Position numbers and translations under genes: made by a program. Shown piece by piece: positions 14,229-27,990 of a DNA stretch of 64,000 bases (within the stretch, counting starts at the first letter, position 1; the number at the start of each line of letters is the position of its first letter). The stretch lies in NCBI GenBank assembly GCA_012295275.1, contig CM022679.1:13640001-13704000 (forward strand), in the 5' to 3' direction. The notes below the pieces were generated by a model. The model was not told the DNA's origin and did not search any database. It saw only the letters and a program-made list of their open reading frames with translations. The stretch is from Chrysomallon squamiferum. Taxonomy: Eukaryota; Animalia; Mollusca.

Positions 14229-16003
14229 TATATGTATTATTATTATATATTTGAATATTTTTCTGTTTTGGTATATGTTTGTTTTGAAGTGTTTGACTTA
14301 TCAATATATAATGTATGTTTCAGTAATAATTATGTAGTGATCACTGTAACAGTGTACATGAATTCATTCCAATTAATGGGGAGAAAATTTTTGGGATCCG
14401 AATGAGATCACAAATGTATCAGACTGCTTACTTAATCTAACAGATTATTGTACAGGATAGATTATTGTTAAAAAATACCCCCAAAACCCACAAAGTACAT
14501 GCTAGATGAATAATGTTTGTGAAAGTCAAACCATTTTATTTATCTTATTTTATTTTATTTCATTACAGTTTGTATATATATTATATTATATTATGTTTTA
14601 CTTTATTTATTTATTTATTTATTTATTTATCTATTTATTTATTTGTTTTATTTTTATTTATTTAATAATTTAATTTTTAATTTAATTTATTTTATTTCAG
14701 TTTGTTTTTATATTTATTTTATTTTATTTTATTTCATTTTATTTTAATAATATTTATGAAAGTCATAAGATAAAGAAACTTAATCAGGTAGATGATGTCA
14801 CCATTTGATATAGAGTGGCTAAATAATGATATTTATGGAGGTTAGAAGTATGATTTTTTATTGTTATTCCAGATAATGTGTCTAAGTTATTTGTTTAAGA
14901 TTGTTTTATAAGGTACAATTTTTTATGTTATACTTCTTCAAAACTGATATTGTTAACAATACTTAACGGGTGGGGGACATGAAGAAATTTGTGATAAAAA
15001 GGTGGGGCATGGTACTAAAATGATTGGGAACATTTAGATTCTAAATTAAGTTTGTATAATGATATCATCAGATACCAGTGAAGCAGGCCACATTAAATCC
15101 ACGTCAGAATATCCTTGATCTACCCATGGAATATTTTGGCTTACAGATTATACCCGATCATACGCTCTTATGCTATTCATAAGTTGGTCCCTATTTAAAT
15201 GTTCTTTACAAGATAACACGAATGACACGATACAGTCAGTTTAAACCACGCACAATTCAGATAAGATCTTGAGAATGACTCGGATCACTTCAGAGATGTA
15301 ATGAGGGTTTAGATATAATTATAGGTTTCTTTGATCATTTAACAATAAACAAGAACATGGTTTAGATCATTTATTTGCTAAATCAGCATATCCATTTGCA
15401 CTGAATGAAAAGCTCAGCAAAACAAATAAAAATAATACATGTAAATGTTCGGAAGTTTTCATAAAATGTATGTCTGATCCATACTGTGTTATAATTTGTG
15501 ACATAATTTTAGTTCTTGATTTGTAAAAAGATCTTGAACTTTCAGAATATTTAGCTTTTTTATAAATTGGTTCTGTGGGAGCAGCCAGAATTTACTCTAT
15601 TATTATTATTATTTGTTGTTGTTGTTGTTGCACCATGTCTAGCGTTGCGTTTAGCGTTTAACCCTTTCACTCCTAGACTTTAAGCATGATAAAGATATCA
15701 AAGTTCGCTTAAAATTTTATTTTATTTTATTTTACTTTTCAATGGGGTCAGTACCGACGAAGCAAATTTAATGTTCAGTGAACAGATTACTTGTCCTTAT
15801 TTCACTGTCATGGATTATGAGGCATTACACACTGTTAAAAAAATCAATCACATAGGCAAACACACCTTATACAAAACCGTAACAATAAATAAACAAATTA
15901 ATTCACTTACAGATTGACTGGTTGAGCAGCTGATTGATCTATCGATGGATCTGCTGATTGACGAATTAATTTACCAGCTGATTAAACTAATCAAAATTAA
16001 AAA

Positions 16004-16040
<37 letters not shown>

Positions 16041-16329
16041 TAATAATAAAAAAACCTACTTTCAGACTACAGGACCTGATACTAACCAGGTTATCGGAAC
16101 TTAACAACTTTCTTATTCTTATTCTTTTCAGGTGCACAACTAAACTTATCGTTTCAGGCTTGAAAAAGAGGAAATAAAAATTAAACAACGTAACACAGTT
16201 TGCCTACACTTGTAGATACATTCAGCACAAATTGACTACTAATGTCTTTAATTACTGATGTTGTTCACGTGTATGTAATATTTTTATAAACCGCCAAAAA
16301 TATAAAATTAAAGAAATCTGGGATATGTT

Positions 16330-16727
16330 GGATGATAAAGAAACAGCCAGCAAGGAGATGAAAATATCAAGAGCGCCCAAGAGCTGAACAGCAAATAGGA
16401 CCTGACCGTCACGAATCTGGTTATGAAAAGAACAAACTGAACGAAAACAACAATAACGAGTTCGTTACGATTCCATCTGCTCGACTCTCTCTTTTGTCCT
16501 TTCTCTTTCCTTCCCCAAACTCTTTTCTGCGACACACATGTCCTCTGGCCTGTCAGAAAGCGTGTCCGTCGTAGACGTGCTTCACAACAGCTTGCTCTAA
16601 TTAGCACGTTAATTTTTGTTCAGTCTGTAATTAAGCAGAGAAGGAAAAGGCCAACACGAGAGCACAGTCAGGCGGGGAAACCAATGTTTCTGAAATTACA
16701 TTGTCTTTACGGACGACTATGGTAAGC
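16330..16727 (+). promoter_or_regulatory. GC-elevated candidate promoter/first exon (U2) ending in GACTATG|gtaagc; paralogues at 700-1102 (donor GT>CT at 1097) and 54460-54871 (donor at 54866)
   Basis: The main GC/CpG-richer island near the start of these units, followed by a consensus donor in two of three copies. No transcript evidence. Confidence 0.4.
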
Positions 16728-17914
16728 ATTTGTCTATTCTTATTTTGGTAGGGTGTAATGTGCATTTAACCTGAGTCAACATTTATTATACCTAAAATTT
16801 TAATTGTTTAATCTGTCCTCCGTGCAGATTCTTATTTTATCTTTGTTCCCCGAATGGCCTTACTCGTATCATTAAACAAAATTACTTAAATATATGTTGT
16901 ATTGATTACATAGAGTATTATTATCAAGTCACCTCTAGATTATAATTAAATAATTAACTTGTATCTTAACTTGTGTTGTGTTTATTTCTCTTGTGGATAG
17001 ATAGACTTATTGATTTATATAGACTGCTGTCAATTTAGCGTTTAAATTCCTTGTTAGGTGGCCATTAAAGCACCTTGTTACCCTTAATGTAACATCTAAG
17101 ATGTTTAATGTTTTATATACATACATAAATACTATATACATATATACATACATACATATTTATTTTTTGTTTCTGTGAATGTTTTATATAGTCTAAGCTT
17201 CTTAAAATATATGCAGATAATTATAGTTGTTTTTAAATTTTATTATTATTTCATGTATATATATATATAAAGTTACGAGTCAAGTCTTAATATTTGTGAC
17301 ATTTTCTATATTTTCGAAAGAAATTTAAAAAAAATATTTAAAAGTAATAAAAATAAATAAATAATATTAATAATATAAAATATAATAAAATAAAATAAAT
17401 AAATAAATAAATAAATAATGATAAAATAATAATAAAAAAAATGTTTTATAAATTAAATAGTACTAAGTATATTAAATAAATAAATTGGTCGTTTATCTTG
17501 ATCTTTAATAGTGTACCGTTTCTTTGTAATCTCTTATTTCGTACAATGACGTATGGGGTCACCTCACTGTGCCCGAACCTATTGTTATATATTACTTAAG
17601 CAGTCAAGGATAGCAAATGATAAAACAGTAGGGGATTACAGTATAGTTTATTTTCCAAAAGACCAACAATGCATTAACATTTTACAGTCCAACAAAATGG
17701 GAGATGGAATCAGCATATTCTGTTGCAGGTTACTAACATGACAAGAGGAACCATTGCTGTAGGCGTATGTCAGACTGCGGGCACAGTGAGGTTAAACCTG
17801 TAACAACACAAGTGTAAACTATTAAAGCTTACCTGTGGGTCTGATAAATGTGTGATAAAATTCTTTATACTTAGATTAATGTTTTGATAGGCGAACGGTC
17901 TTTCATACCAAAGT

Positions 17915-17952
<38 letters not shown>

Positions 17953-20534
17953 CATCATAATAATAATAATAATAATAATAATTATAATAATTATAATAAT
18001 TATAATAGAAAAGAAAAAGAAAAAAAAAAAAAGAAAGAAATGAAACTAATAATAATTATCCTTCGATCAACTTTTTACGATGTGAGAATAAGGAAACATT
18101 TGTCAGTGTCAGTCCTTGTTTGCGAATCAACCTGTAAGAATATTATTAGTTCACCCAATACTCCAATAGGTGCGTATCTAGAATTTGAAGGAGATACATG
18201 TATCTTTGATATGAGATTTCTAGCTAATTTTTACTTCCCAGTTATATTATTAAATATTTAATATACATTACAAAAATAATCTTACTTTGAAGGATTGTTA
18301 TAGAAATATTAATTTATTCAAATAAAATAAAATTTGTATCACTAGATCTCTTATATTATTTTTTCCCCCACCATTAGTAAACATCCTTTTCAAGAGCTTT
18401 GTATATACCTACAGAAATTGATGAAACTGAACATATACTAAATGAGCGGATAACGGAGAACCTGTTTCAAGTTATTATTAACTTATTGTTTTGGGCAGAT
18501 TATAATTTCTATAAACTACATGTAAAGGAAATCATTAATTAATAAACTAAAAAGACAAAACAACAACAGCAACAACAACTACAGAAGAATAAGAGTAATA
18601 ATATTTAAAATAAAACATAAATAATGAAAGTGATGATGGCAGCAGCATCAGTAATAGTAGTGGTAGTGGTAGTTATAGTAGTAGCAACAGTAGTAATGGA
18701 CTTCATCAACAAAACCTGAGAATTGTGAGCAAACAATTCAAATCTATCTATTTATCTATCTATCTATCTATCTATGAAAAAGCAATATTATATTCTGTTT
18801 TATAAACATATTTTTATTTTATTTTGAATCATTTTATTTATTTATTTATTTTTTAATTTATTTTAATTTAATTTTTTAATTATTATTATTTTATTTTGAG
18901 TCATATGAAAATATGTAATCATATGTAATCAATCTTATCTGTCCCGTAGCTCTATTTGCAGATGCAACGACTGGCTTTCTTTTCCTTCATTCTTTCTTTC
19001 TTTCTTTCTTATTTTTTCTTATTTTTATTGTAACTTTTTGTAATGTTTTTAGATGTCTATTATTATTATTGTTATTATTGCAATATTTTATTTATTATAT
19101 AATATTTTTAATTTAAAATTTTGACATAAAGCCATCATTTGTTAACTTATGCTCATGTACTGAATATCTTACAAAGTAATATCTATATGCCATTATTTTA
19201 TAATTAATGCAAAAAAAATGTATTAATGGTTCGTAATGTTTCGTAATGTCTATATTTTATGTACTTTGTGATTAAAGTGACACGTGATTATTTTGTCTGA
19301 ATAAATCTGAACACACGTCATTTCCCGCTTGAAACCTTGGCTTAACTGATTCTTTGAGACGAAAGTGAACACTAAAGGAAATAATTACAAGAAAGCAAAT
19401 CATCCAGGTAGGTAAAATTACTAAAATTTAATGTTTTGGTAAATTTGAGGGTTAATATTTAGATTCGCGATTTCCCAGACTTTTGTATTTTCCGGACTTG
19501 TGTTAACTCTATTGCTCTATGAAATCGAGTGTCACCTGTAAAGTATTAAAATTACTGTATAGAACTAGTTACCTGCAGACTGTCTGTGTAATCTATGTAT
19601 TAAATATGAAAGTTGTGAGGATATCTAGGGTAAGTGATCACACGGCTAAATAACATTTTCTACATTTTGTTAAAAAACATTGAAAAAACATAAAAAGAAA
19701 AACAATGTTTTACAAATATAAATTGTACTGAATATATTAAATAAATAAATTGGTCGCATATTTTGATCTTTAATAGTGTACTGTTTCTTCATAATCTTTT
19801 ATTTCGCATAATGACATACGGGGTCACCTCACTTTGCCCGCACCTGTTATTATATATCACGTGATTCGTGATATCTCCTACGCGACAGGTAAATCAGAAT
19901 AAAACGTCATTTCCGACTTGAAACCTTGCCAAGTTTTCCTGTAGAGGATGTATTTAAATATTCCCCGGAATACTCTTCAATTTAACTGATTCTTAAAAAA
20001 AAAAAAATAGAAAAAAAAAATAAAAAAAAAATAAAAAAATAAATAAATAAAAACAATGTTTTAAAAATATAAATTGTACTGAATATATTAAATAAATTAA
20101 TTAATCGCTTATTTTGATCTTTAATAGTGTTTCTAATAAAAATGACACACTTTAGTAAAGTTAATTTCCCAAAAGATCAACAAAGAACTAACATTTTACA
20201 GTCCAACAAAATGGGAGACGGAATCAGCATGTTCTGTTGCAGATTTTTGTCCTGTCAAGAGGAGCATTTTCTATAGGCATATGTCAAAGTCTTAACTATA
20301 AAACTTTAGCTTCAACAAAGGCCTGTTCTCTCTTAATCATATCTTTGAATTCAAAAATATTGGGAAGACTGCTGCCTATAATTTTCAGTTTTCAATGCCA
20401 TCCGTAACGTGATTCGTAGGACTGGCACCATTTGTTTCGAAACGGTTCCAGAAGTTTCTGTCATTCCCCAGTTCGGTTACATACATTAAAACAAGTTGAT
20501 CCTATGGATCCGGTACTTCTGTGTGTGTGTGTGT

Positions 20535-20572
<38 letters not shown>

Positions 20573-20692
20573 GTAAGTAAGTAAGTATGTATGTATATAT
20601 GTGTGTATGTATGTGTATGTATGTATGTATGTATGTGTGTATGTATTTAATTGGAATTTAGAGAAATAATAACAGTACAGTTTTATTTTCAG

Positions 20693-20866
20693 AAGTAATC
20701 AATATGACACATGGAACGACGTTTAGATGTGGCCACGATGTATGTGATAAGATAGAACAGTACTGTGTACCTGAAGATGACAGGTGCTATTACTGCAAAG
20801 GCATCAGTGATTTGTGCCCTACAACACGTTTGGTTTTCCCTAAACAGTGTGCTCCTTTCTGTACGG
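20693..20866 (+). CDS. Cysteine-rich ectodomain exon, copy A (unit U2)
   Basis: ttttattttcag acceptor, G|gtaggt donor, 174 nt, phase 1-1, open: (E)VINMTHGTTFRCGHDVCDKIEQYCVPEDDRCYYCKGISDLCPTTRLVFPKQCAPFCT; 8 Cys. Confidence 0.85.
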
Positions 20867-20883
20867 GTAGGTAAATATGTGTA

Positions 20884-20914
<31 letters not shown>

Positions 20915-21146
20915 ATGTATCTGTGTGTGTCTGTCTGTCTGTTTGAATATTTATGAATGAATATGTGTATGTGTTTTATTAGCTTTAAAGGTTCTTAATA
21001 AGAAGACCTATTTTTGCTATTTCTATATTTTAAAATGTTTCTATATCAATACTGAAGCATTTTTATTGTGTCTTTTTATTTGAAGAAATAAACAGATCTT
21101 CACAAAATTACAGTTACAACTTTTCTGTTTATTGTTTTTGTTTCAG

Positions 21147-21167
21147 ATTTCCTTCATAATCAGACAG
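21147..21167 (+). CDS. 21-nt stalk micro-exon (U2), DFLHNQT
   Basis: tttttgtttcag|ATTTCCTTCATAATCAGACAG|gtaag; phase 1-1; homologous to the 27-nt micro-exons. Confidence 0.7.
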
Positions 21168-21231
21168 GTAAGAATTATTAATTGTTACAGCTATAAAATA
21201 ATAAATGTTTGAGTTTGTATATTTATCGTAT

Positions 21232-21431
21232 NNNNNNNNNNNNNNNNNNNNNNNNNNNNNNNNNNNNNNNNNNNNNNNNNNNNNNNNNNNNNNNNNNNNN
21301 NNNNNNNNNNNNNNNNNNNNNNNNNNNNNNNNNNNNNNNNNNNNNNNNNNNNNNNNNNNNNNNNNNNNNNNNNNNNNNNNNNNNNNNNNNNNNNNNNNNN
21401 NNNNNNNNNNNNNNNNNNNNNNNNNNNNNNN
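21232..21431. other. Assembly gap (200 N)
   Basis: Run of N. The left flank is the post-micro-exon intron of U2; the right flank matches upstream-intron sequence (compare ~41760-41860). Confidence 1.
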
Positions 21432-21629
21432 AAAGTAATAAACATAAATAAATAATAATAATACAAAAATAATAATAATTAACATCTATTTAAAAAATAA
21501 TAATAATAAAATAAAGAATAAAAAAATAAAAATTATAGTTTGCGACATGGATTTATTTTTAACTTGGAAATTCCGAACTATTTATATCACTAAAGCGACA
21601 TTTAATCTGAATAAACCGTCATTTCCGAT

Positions 21630-21716
21630 ATGAAACCTTGCCTCTAGGTACTTTTACGTTATTCTGTGTTCAGCTACACGATCACGCAGCCCGCTGCTAA
21701 TCCATTTTCCATCAAG
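21630..21716 (+). pseudogene. ATG-bearing but disabled copy of the candidate leader exon
   Basis: ATG AAA CCT TGC CTC TAG stop plus a net 1-nt deletion; the donor CAAG|gtaaga is kept. Confidence 0.4.
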
Positions 21717-22139
21717 GTAAGAGTACATTTTACAATTCACCCACAACTATATCCAACGCATTCTACATTTTTCTACTGTTCCTTTTTCTTAACATATACC
21801 GTTTGATATTTGTTTAATTTGTTTTTGTCTGTATGTTGTTCTTACATTATTGTTTTACTGTATTATATAGGTGTTATGTCTACTAAAGTTTAATGTTTTT
21901 GTAAATTTGAGGATTAATATTCCCAGACTTTTGTATTTTCCGGACTTGTGTTAACTCTATTGCTCTGTGAAATCGAGTGTCACCTGTAAAGTATTAACAT
22001 TATTGTATAGAATTAATTACCTGCAGACTGTTGGTATAATCTATATATTAAATATGAACGTTCTGAGAATATCTAGGGTAAATTATGACACGGCTAAATA
22101 ACATTTTCTGCATTTCCGAAAGAAGCTTTAAAAAAATAA

Positions 22140-22519
22140 TCTCTTATTTCATATCATAACATACAGGGTCACTCACTGTGCCCGCACCTATTGTTATATA
22201 TAACTGAAGCAGTCACGGACAAGAAATGATAACAAAAAAAGTGGGGCATTACAGTATAAATAAATGAATAAATAAATAAACTATGATAAAAATAAATAAA
22301 TACAGGATAGGAAATGATAAAACAGTAGGGGATTACAGTATAGATCTTTCTCAAAAGACCATCAATGGACTAACATTTTACAGTCTAACAAAATGGGAGA
22401 TGGAATCAACACATTCTGTTGCAGATTTCTGTCCAGTGAAGAGGAGTATTTGCTGTAGGCGTATGTCAAACTGTGGGCACAGTGAGGGGACTCCGTATGT
22501 TATTATATGAAATAAGAGA
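22140..22519. mobile_element. Unclassified MITE with ~45-bp TIRs; rearranged or partial copies at ~2154, 4043, 9650, 17530, 19795, 24645, 40450, 41949, 43245, 55667
   Basis: Left TCTCTTATTTCATATCATAACATACAGGGTCACTCACTGTGCCC versus the reverse complement of GGGCACAGTGAGGGGACTCCGTATGTTATTATATGAAATAAGAGA. The more complete other copies keep the inner CTGTGCCCG...CGGGCACAG inverted core. It accounts for the recurring MGSP(H/P)CART ORFs. Confidence 0.75.
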
Positions 22520-25495
22520 CCTGTGGTCTGATAAATGGTGAGATAAAATTCTTTACACTTATATTACAATTTTCTTTGGCGTACCGTTGTTCATAGCAAA
22601 GTATAGTAATAAAATAATACTGTTTCAAAATATTGTTATTTTCGCCGCCATTTTCCCCTATTCGTCAGTGAAGCAGTGACGACAATGCACAGGCCTACAT
22701 GATGGACTGATAGCTATAATTTGTGTGACAACACATCATGATCATTGATGCAAATAAAGGGGGAAATTACAATACTCATCCAGTTTCGTGATAGTATATT
22801 TTTACTGTCATGCTTTATCATTAGCGAAGTTTAGCTGATATTTATATATATATAAAAATAATGATAATAATTTTAAAAAAATTAGGAGATATATATATAT
22901 ATTTATATATATATATTATAAGTATTTCAAGATAATCACAAAGTACATAAAATAAAGACGTTGTGAACCATTCAAAAACAATTTTATTCTTATTATTTAT
23001 TTTTATTTATTCATTTTTTTTTTTTTTTTTTTTTTTTTTTCTTTTTCTTTTACCGTCTCTCACTGATTATAATATCACTGGCATAGAGATATTATTTTGT
23101 AAGATATTCTGTGCATGATCATAAGTAAATGATGATTTTAGGTGAAAAATTTTAATGTAAATAAATAAAATATTGCAATAATAACAGTAATAATAATAAA
23201 CATCTAAACAAATTTACAAAACGTTACATAAAAAAATAATAAATAAATAAATAAATAAGAAAGAAAGCTAATTTCCGTCTTGAAACCTTGGCTCTACGTA
23301 TACACTCTTAAGTTATCCTGTTGAGGGTGTATTCAAATATTCATCGGAATACTTTTCAGTTTAACTGATTATTTAAGTCGAAAGTGAACTCTAAAACAAA
23401 TAATTACAGAAAAGCAAATAAGTACACATCCAAGTAAGTCAAAAATTTGTTTCGTGTGTGTGTGTGTTACAAAACTTTCCGCTCGAAACCTTGCCTCTAC
23501 ATACTACTAAGTTATTCTGTGTTCAACTATACGAAGGCGGCAGTCCTATCTCAATCCAATTTCCATCAAGGTAACAATAAATTTTACATACCTCATAACT
23601 ATACCCAACGTAGTCTACATTTTTCTTCTATTCCTTTTTCTTAACATATACCGTATGAAATTTGTTTAATTTGTTTTTGTCTGTATATTGTTCTTAGATT
23701 ATTATATTACCGTATTAAATAAATGTTATGTGTTCTTAAGTTTAATGTTTTGGTAAATTTGAGGGTTAATATTTAGATTCGCGATTTCCCAGACTTTTTT
23801 ATTAACTCTATCGCTCTATGAAATCGAGTGTCACCTGTAAATTATTAAAAATATTGTATAGAATTAATTACCTGCATACTGTCTGTATAATCTGTCTACG
23901 AAATATGAACGTTGTGAGAATATCTAAGGTAAATAATGACATGGGAAAATAACGTTTTCTATATTTTCGAAAGAAATTAAAAAAAAAAAATAATAATAAA
24001 ATATATAAAAAAAAAAATAAAAAAAAAATAAAGACGTGCAATTTCCGGTATGGATTTACTTTTAATTTGGAAAATAGAACTGTTTATATCGTTTACGCGA
24101 CACGCGATTGTCTGAATAAAGCTGAACACACGTCATTTCCCGCTTGAAACCTTGCCTCTACGTACTATTAACTTATTCTGTATTCACCTATACGATCAGT
24201 TTAACTGATTCTTTGAGACGAAAGTGAACACTAAAGGAAATAATTACAAGAAAGCAAATCATCCAGGTAAGTAAAATTACTAAACTTTAATGTATAGGTA
24301 AATTTTAAGGTTAATATTTGGATTCGCGATTTCCCAGACTTTTGTATTTTCCGGACTTGTGTTAATCCTATTGCTCTATGAAATCGAGTGTCACCTGTAA
24401 AGTATTAACATTATTGTATAGAATTAATAACCTGCAGACTGTCTGTATAATCTATGTATTAAATATGAACGTTGTGAGGATATCAACGGCAAAATAATAT
24501 TTTCTACATTTTGTTAAAAAACATTGAAAAAAAAAAAAAAAATAAAAACAATGTTTTATAAATATAAATTGTACTGAATATATTAAATAAATAAATTGGT
24601 CGCATATCTTGATCTTTAATAGTGTACTACTGTTTCTTCATAATCTTTTATTTCGCATAATGAGATACGGGGTCACTTCACTGTGCCCGCACCTGTTATT
24701 ATATATCACGTGATTCGTGATATCTCCTACGCGACAGGTAAATCTGAATAAAACGTCATTTCCGACTTGAAACCTTGCCAAGTTTTCCTGTAGAGGATGT
24801 ATTTAAATATTCCTCGGAATACTCTTCAATTTAACTGATTCTTAAAAATAAATAAATAGAAAAAACAAAAATTAAATAAAATAAAAAATAAATAAATAAA
24901 TAAAAACAATGTTATACAAATATAAATTGTACTGAATGTATTAAATAAATAAATTAATCGCTTATTTTGATCTTTAATAGTGTACTACTGTTTCTCATAA
25001 AAATGACATAAGGGGTCACAGTAGGGGATTACACTTTAGTAAAGTTAATTTACCAAAAGATCAACAAAGAACTAACATTTTACAGTCCAACAAAATGAGA
25101 GACGGAATCAGCATGTTCTGTTGCAGATTTTTGTCCTATCAAGAGGAGCATTTTCTATAGGTGTTTGTCAAAGTCTTAACTATAAAACTGTAGCTTCCAC
25201 AAAGACTTGTTTTCTCTTAATCATATCTATGAATTCAAAAATATTAAGAAGACTGCTGCCTATCATTTTCAGTTTTTAATGCCATCCCTAACGTGATTCG
25301 TAGGACAGGCAGCATTTGTTTCGAAACGGTCCTTTAGATCGACTTGGATTCTGAGTAAGTGTTCATTTTAATGACACTGACTAAAGAGATATAAGCGTTC
25401 AGTCGTATCACTTAAACCAGGGGAGAGAGGGTCAGACAGCTATGCAGTGTTTTGTAAGAGGGCCAAGATATCAAATGTATTACACACACACACAC

Positions 25496-25575
<80 letters not shown>

Positions 25576-25944
25576 CTATCTTCAGTAATATGATAAAATA
25601 ATATGATAATTGTGAATAAACTAGAATAATTCCACAATATCTAACGATGATGTTAGATCAGGATTGCCATCGGACCGGATAGTTGGTGTTCAAGTGTTCA
25701 GTTGGTGGGCCTGACTGAAATCCCCTGCGGCGCAAGTGTTGCCGACCCCTGTCTTAATTCATGTTTCCACAGGTGTCAATCACTTCAGAACTTCAACCAA
25801 TCAAAGCGCACTATTTCCACACACCCATAATATTTCATTTTTCCGCCGCCATATTGTGTTTTTATGTTGTTGTTTTTTTGTTTAGTTTAGTTGTTCAGCA
25901 AGCGTTAATACTTCATTTGTTAGTAGGCATTATTCATAGGCACA

Positions 25945-26060
25945 ATGGTGAAGCGATGTGTTTCGGGGACATGCAAATCGGATGAACGGTACGAAAGTGG
26001 ACAACATCTGATATATATACCGTATCCGAAGCCGAAAACAACGAGAAAAATGCGGACGAC
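25945..26060 (+). mobile_element. THAP-domain 5' relic of a DNA transposon; copies at 43944 (ATG>AAG) and 62672
   Basis: MVKRCVSGTCKSDERYESGQHLIYIPYPKPKT / frameshift / QREKCGR. It has the CxxxxC and (F/Y)PKP pattern of THAP N-termini; the downstream W and CxxHF are lost. Confidence 0.7.
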
Positions 26061-27105
26061 AACATTCTGCAAAAAGAAGGTCTGTTATAAACATGACCAT
26101 ATTTTCAAATAATAATAATAATAATAGGCATAGTTGCTATATACGAATTACCTAAATATGAATAATATATATGCCCATACACAGCATTGAACAGAAAAAA
26201 TGAAGAAAGAAATGTTTTATTTCATGATACACTCAACACTTTTTATTTACGGTTATGTGGTGGACATATGGTTGAGGACTACGCTATGTTGAGAGAGGAA
26301 ACCCGCTCTTGCCACTCCACGGGCTACTATTTTTGATTGGAAGTACCATCCCACAGATAGGGTAGTACATACCAATTATAGTGCACTGGTTGCTACAGTT
26401 CGTTTAGACAACATTAAAAAAAATAATAATAAAAAACAAAAATGAAGAAAATTATTATTTAAGGCCAGATAGCAGAGACATAAATGGACATAACTGAAGA
26501 CATGCAGAATATATATATAATAAATACGTGTTTATGAGTGTATGTGTATATATACACATATATATGTTGTTTTGGATTTTGAATATTCTCTGTGAAATCT
26601 ATGTCTGACTACATTTGGGAACGCTGTGGCGCAGGAGGATAAAGTCCAGTCACGACTTCAAACCCTCATCAGATGCCACTGATGAGACTCGAACGTATGA
26701 CACCCTATCACTCGCACTACCTTTCGGTCATCAAGACCTCCTTTACATATGTGCACGTGTATATAACTATAAACACACACATACACACACATGCACACAG
26801 ATACACACATATACAGGTACCGAACCAATTATCCGTCGTCCTGAAATCCTGAAGGACCAGAAAACCAGAAGTTTTTTTCTGACGCTACCTTTGTAGTTCG
26901 CACGCGTTGACGTTCATTTCACTCGCCACATTGTTTACGTGTCAAGTCACCACAGTTGTGTATTGTCAATTTTCTTTATGTTTTTAGTATTAAAATGTTT
27001 GTGCCAAATTATTTACGTATTTAAATGCCTTGGTACCAGAAAATCGGAAATTACAGAAATTCAGAAGGTATAGGCCCCAAGGACTTCGGATAATGGATCC
27101 GGTAC

Positions 27106-27157
<52 letters not shown>

Positions 27158-27164
27158 TTGTGTG

Positions 27165-27196
<32 letters not shown>

Positions 27197-27202
27197 TGTA
27201 TG

Positions 27203-27238
<36 letters not shown>

Positions 27239-27312
27239 TGTATTTTCGCATAACCAAATACACTCTTTAATTGGAATTTAGAGAAATAATAACTGTACAG
27301 TTTTATTTTCAG

Positions 27313-27489
27313 GAGTAATCAATATGACACATGGAAAAACGTTTAGATGTGGCCACTACTATACATGTGATAAGATAGAAGAGTATTGTGTACCTGAAGA
27401 CCAGAGGTGCTATTACTGCAAAGACATCAGTGATTTGTGCTTCACACAGCGTTTGGATTTCCCTAAACAGTGTACTCATTTCTGTAAAG
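27313..27489 (+). CDS. Cysteine-rich ectodomain exon, copy B (unit U3)
   Basis: Same splice sites, 177 nt (one extra codon), open: (G)VINMTHGKTFRCGHYYTCDKIEEYCVPEDQRCYYCKDISDLCFTQRLDFPKQCTHFCK. Confidence 0.85.
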
Positions 27490-27990
27490 GTAGGTAGATG
27501 TGTATGTATGTATGTATGTGAGTTTGTGTTTGTGTTTAGTTGTATGTATGTGTGTGTGTAGTTGTGTGTATGTCTGTGTATGTGTCCTTTGTGTGTTAGT
27601 ATTCACATGAATGTTTTTGAATATGTATGCATGAGTATGTGTATAAAGGTTTCTAATAAGAAATATTTTTGCTATGTGTATGTTTTAAAATGTTTCTATA
27701 ATGCAGGTCTTTCTAGGCTAGATGATACTATATTTTATAACACTACTGTCACATTTTTTATGTGTTTTATTATTTGACAAATAAATAAATAAATAAATAA
27801 ACAGGCAAACCACGAAACAAACAATTAAACAAACAAATAAATAGGTATGTAAATAAATAAATAAACAGGCAAACAAACAGAGATTTTCACTGTTTACAAG
27901 TTTTTTGTTTTTAACCTCATTGTGTACAGAATAAGAACTTTTCTCTGTGCTTATTTCACAGATTATATTTGTTTTTTGTTTTTATTTCAG

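Larger units (their letters stand above)
1..15630 (+). repeat. Segmental duplication unit U1; further units at ~15630-21231 (U2, cut by gap), ~21432-38330 (U3), ~38330-53760 (U4), ~53760-64000 (U5, partial)
   Basis: The landmark TTAACCCTTT(C/A)ACTCCTAG recurs at ~27, 15658, 38349 and 53789. The 3' block gatatcatcagat...ccagaat recurs at ~15060, 37270 and 52590-53430. Exons are colinear and on the same strand. Unit boundaries are arbitrary landmarks. Confidence 0.85.

Noticed and set aside
20765-20956. ORF-track translations over CRD exons (20765..20956 +, 45774..46070 -)
   Set aside because: Wrong frame or strand; the conserved 8-Cys frame is under 60 codons and bounded by splice sites, so the track omits it.
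23280-23438. Variant leader-like block ending catccaa|gtaagt (also ~42665, 58157, 61436)
   Set aside because: Good donor, but stops in the frames I tried and no consistent acceptor; cannot support it as a coding exon.
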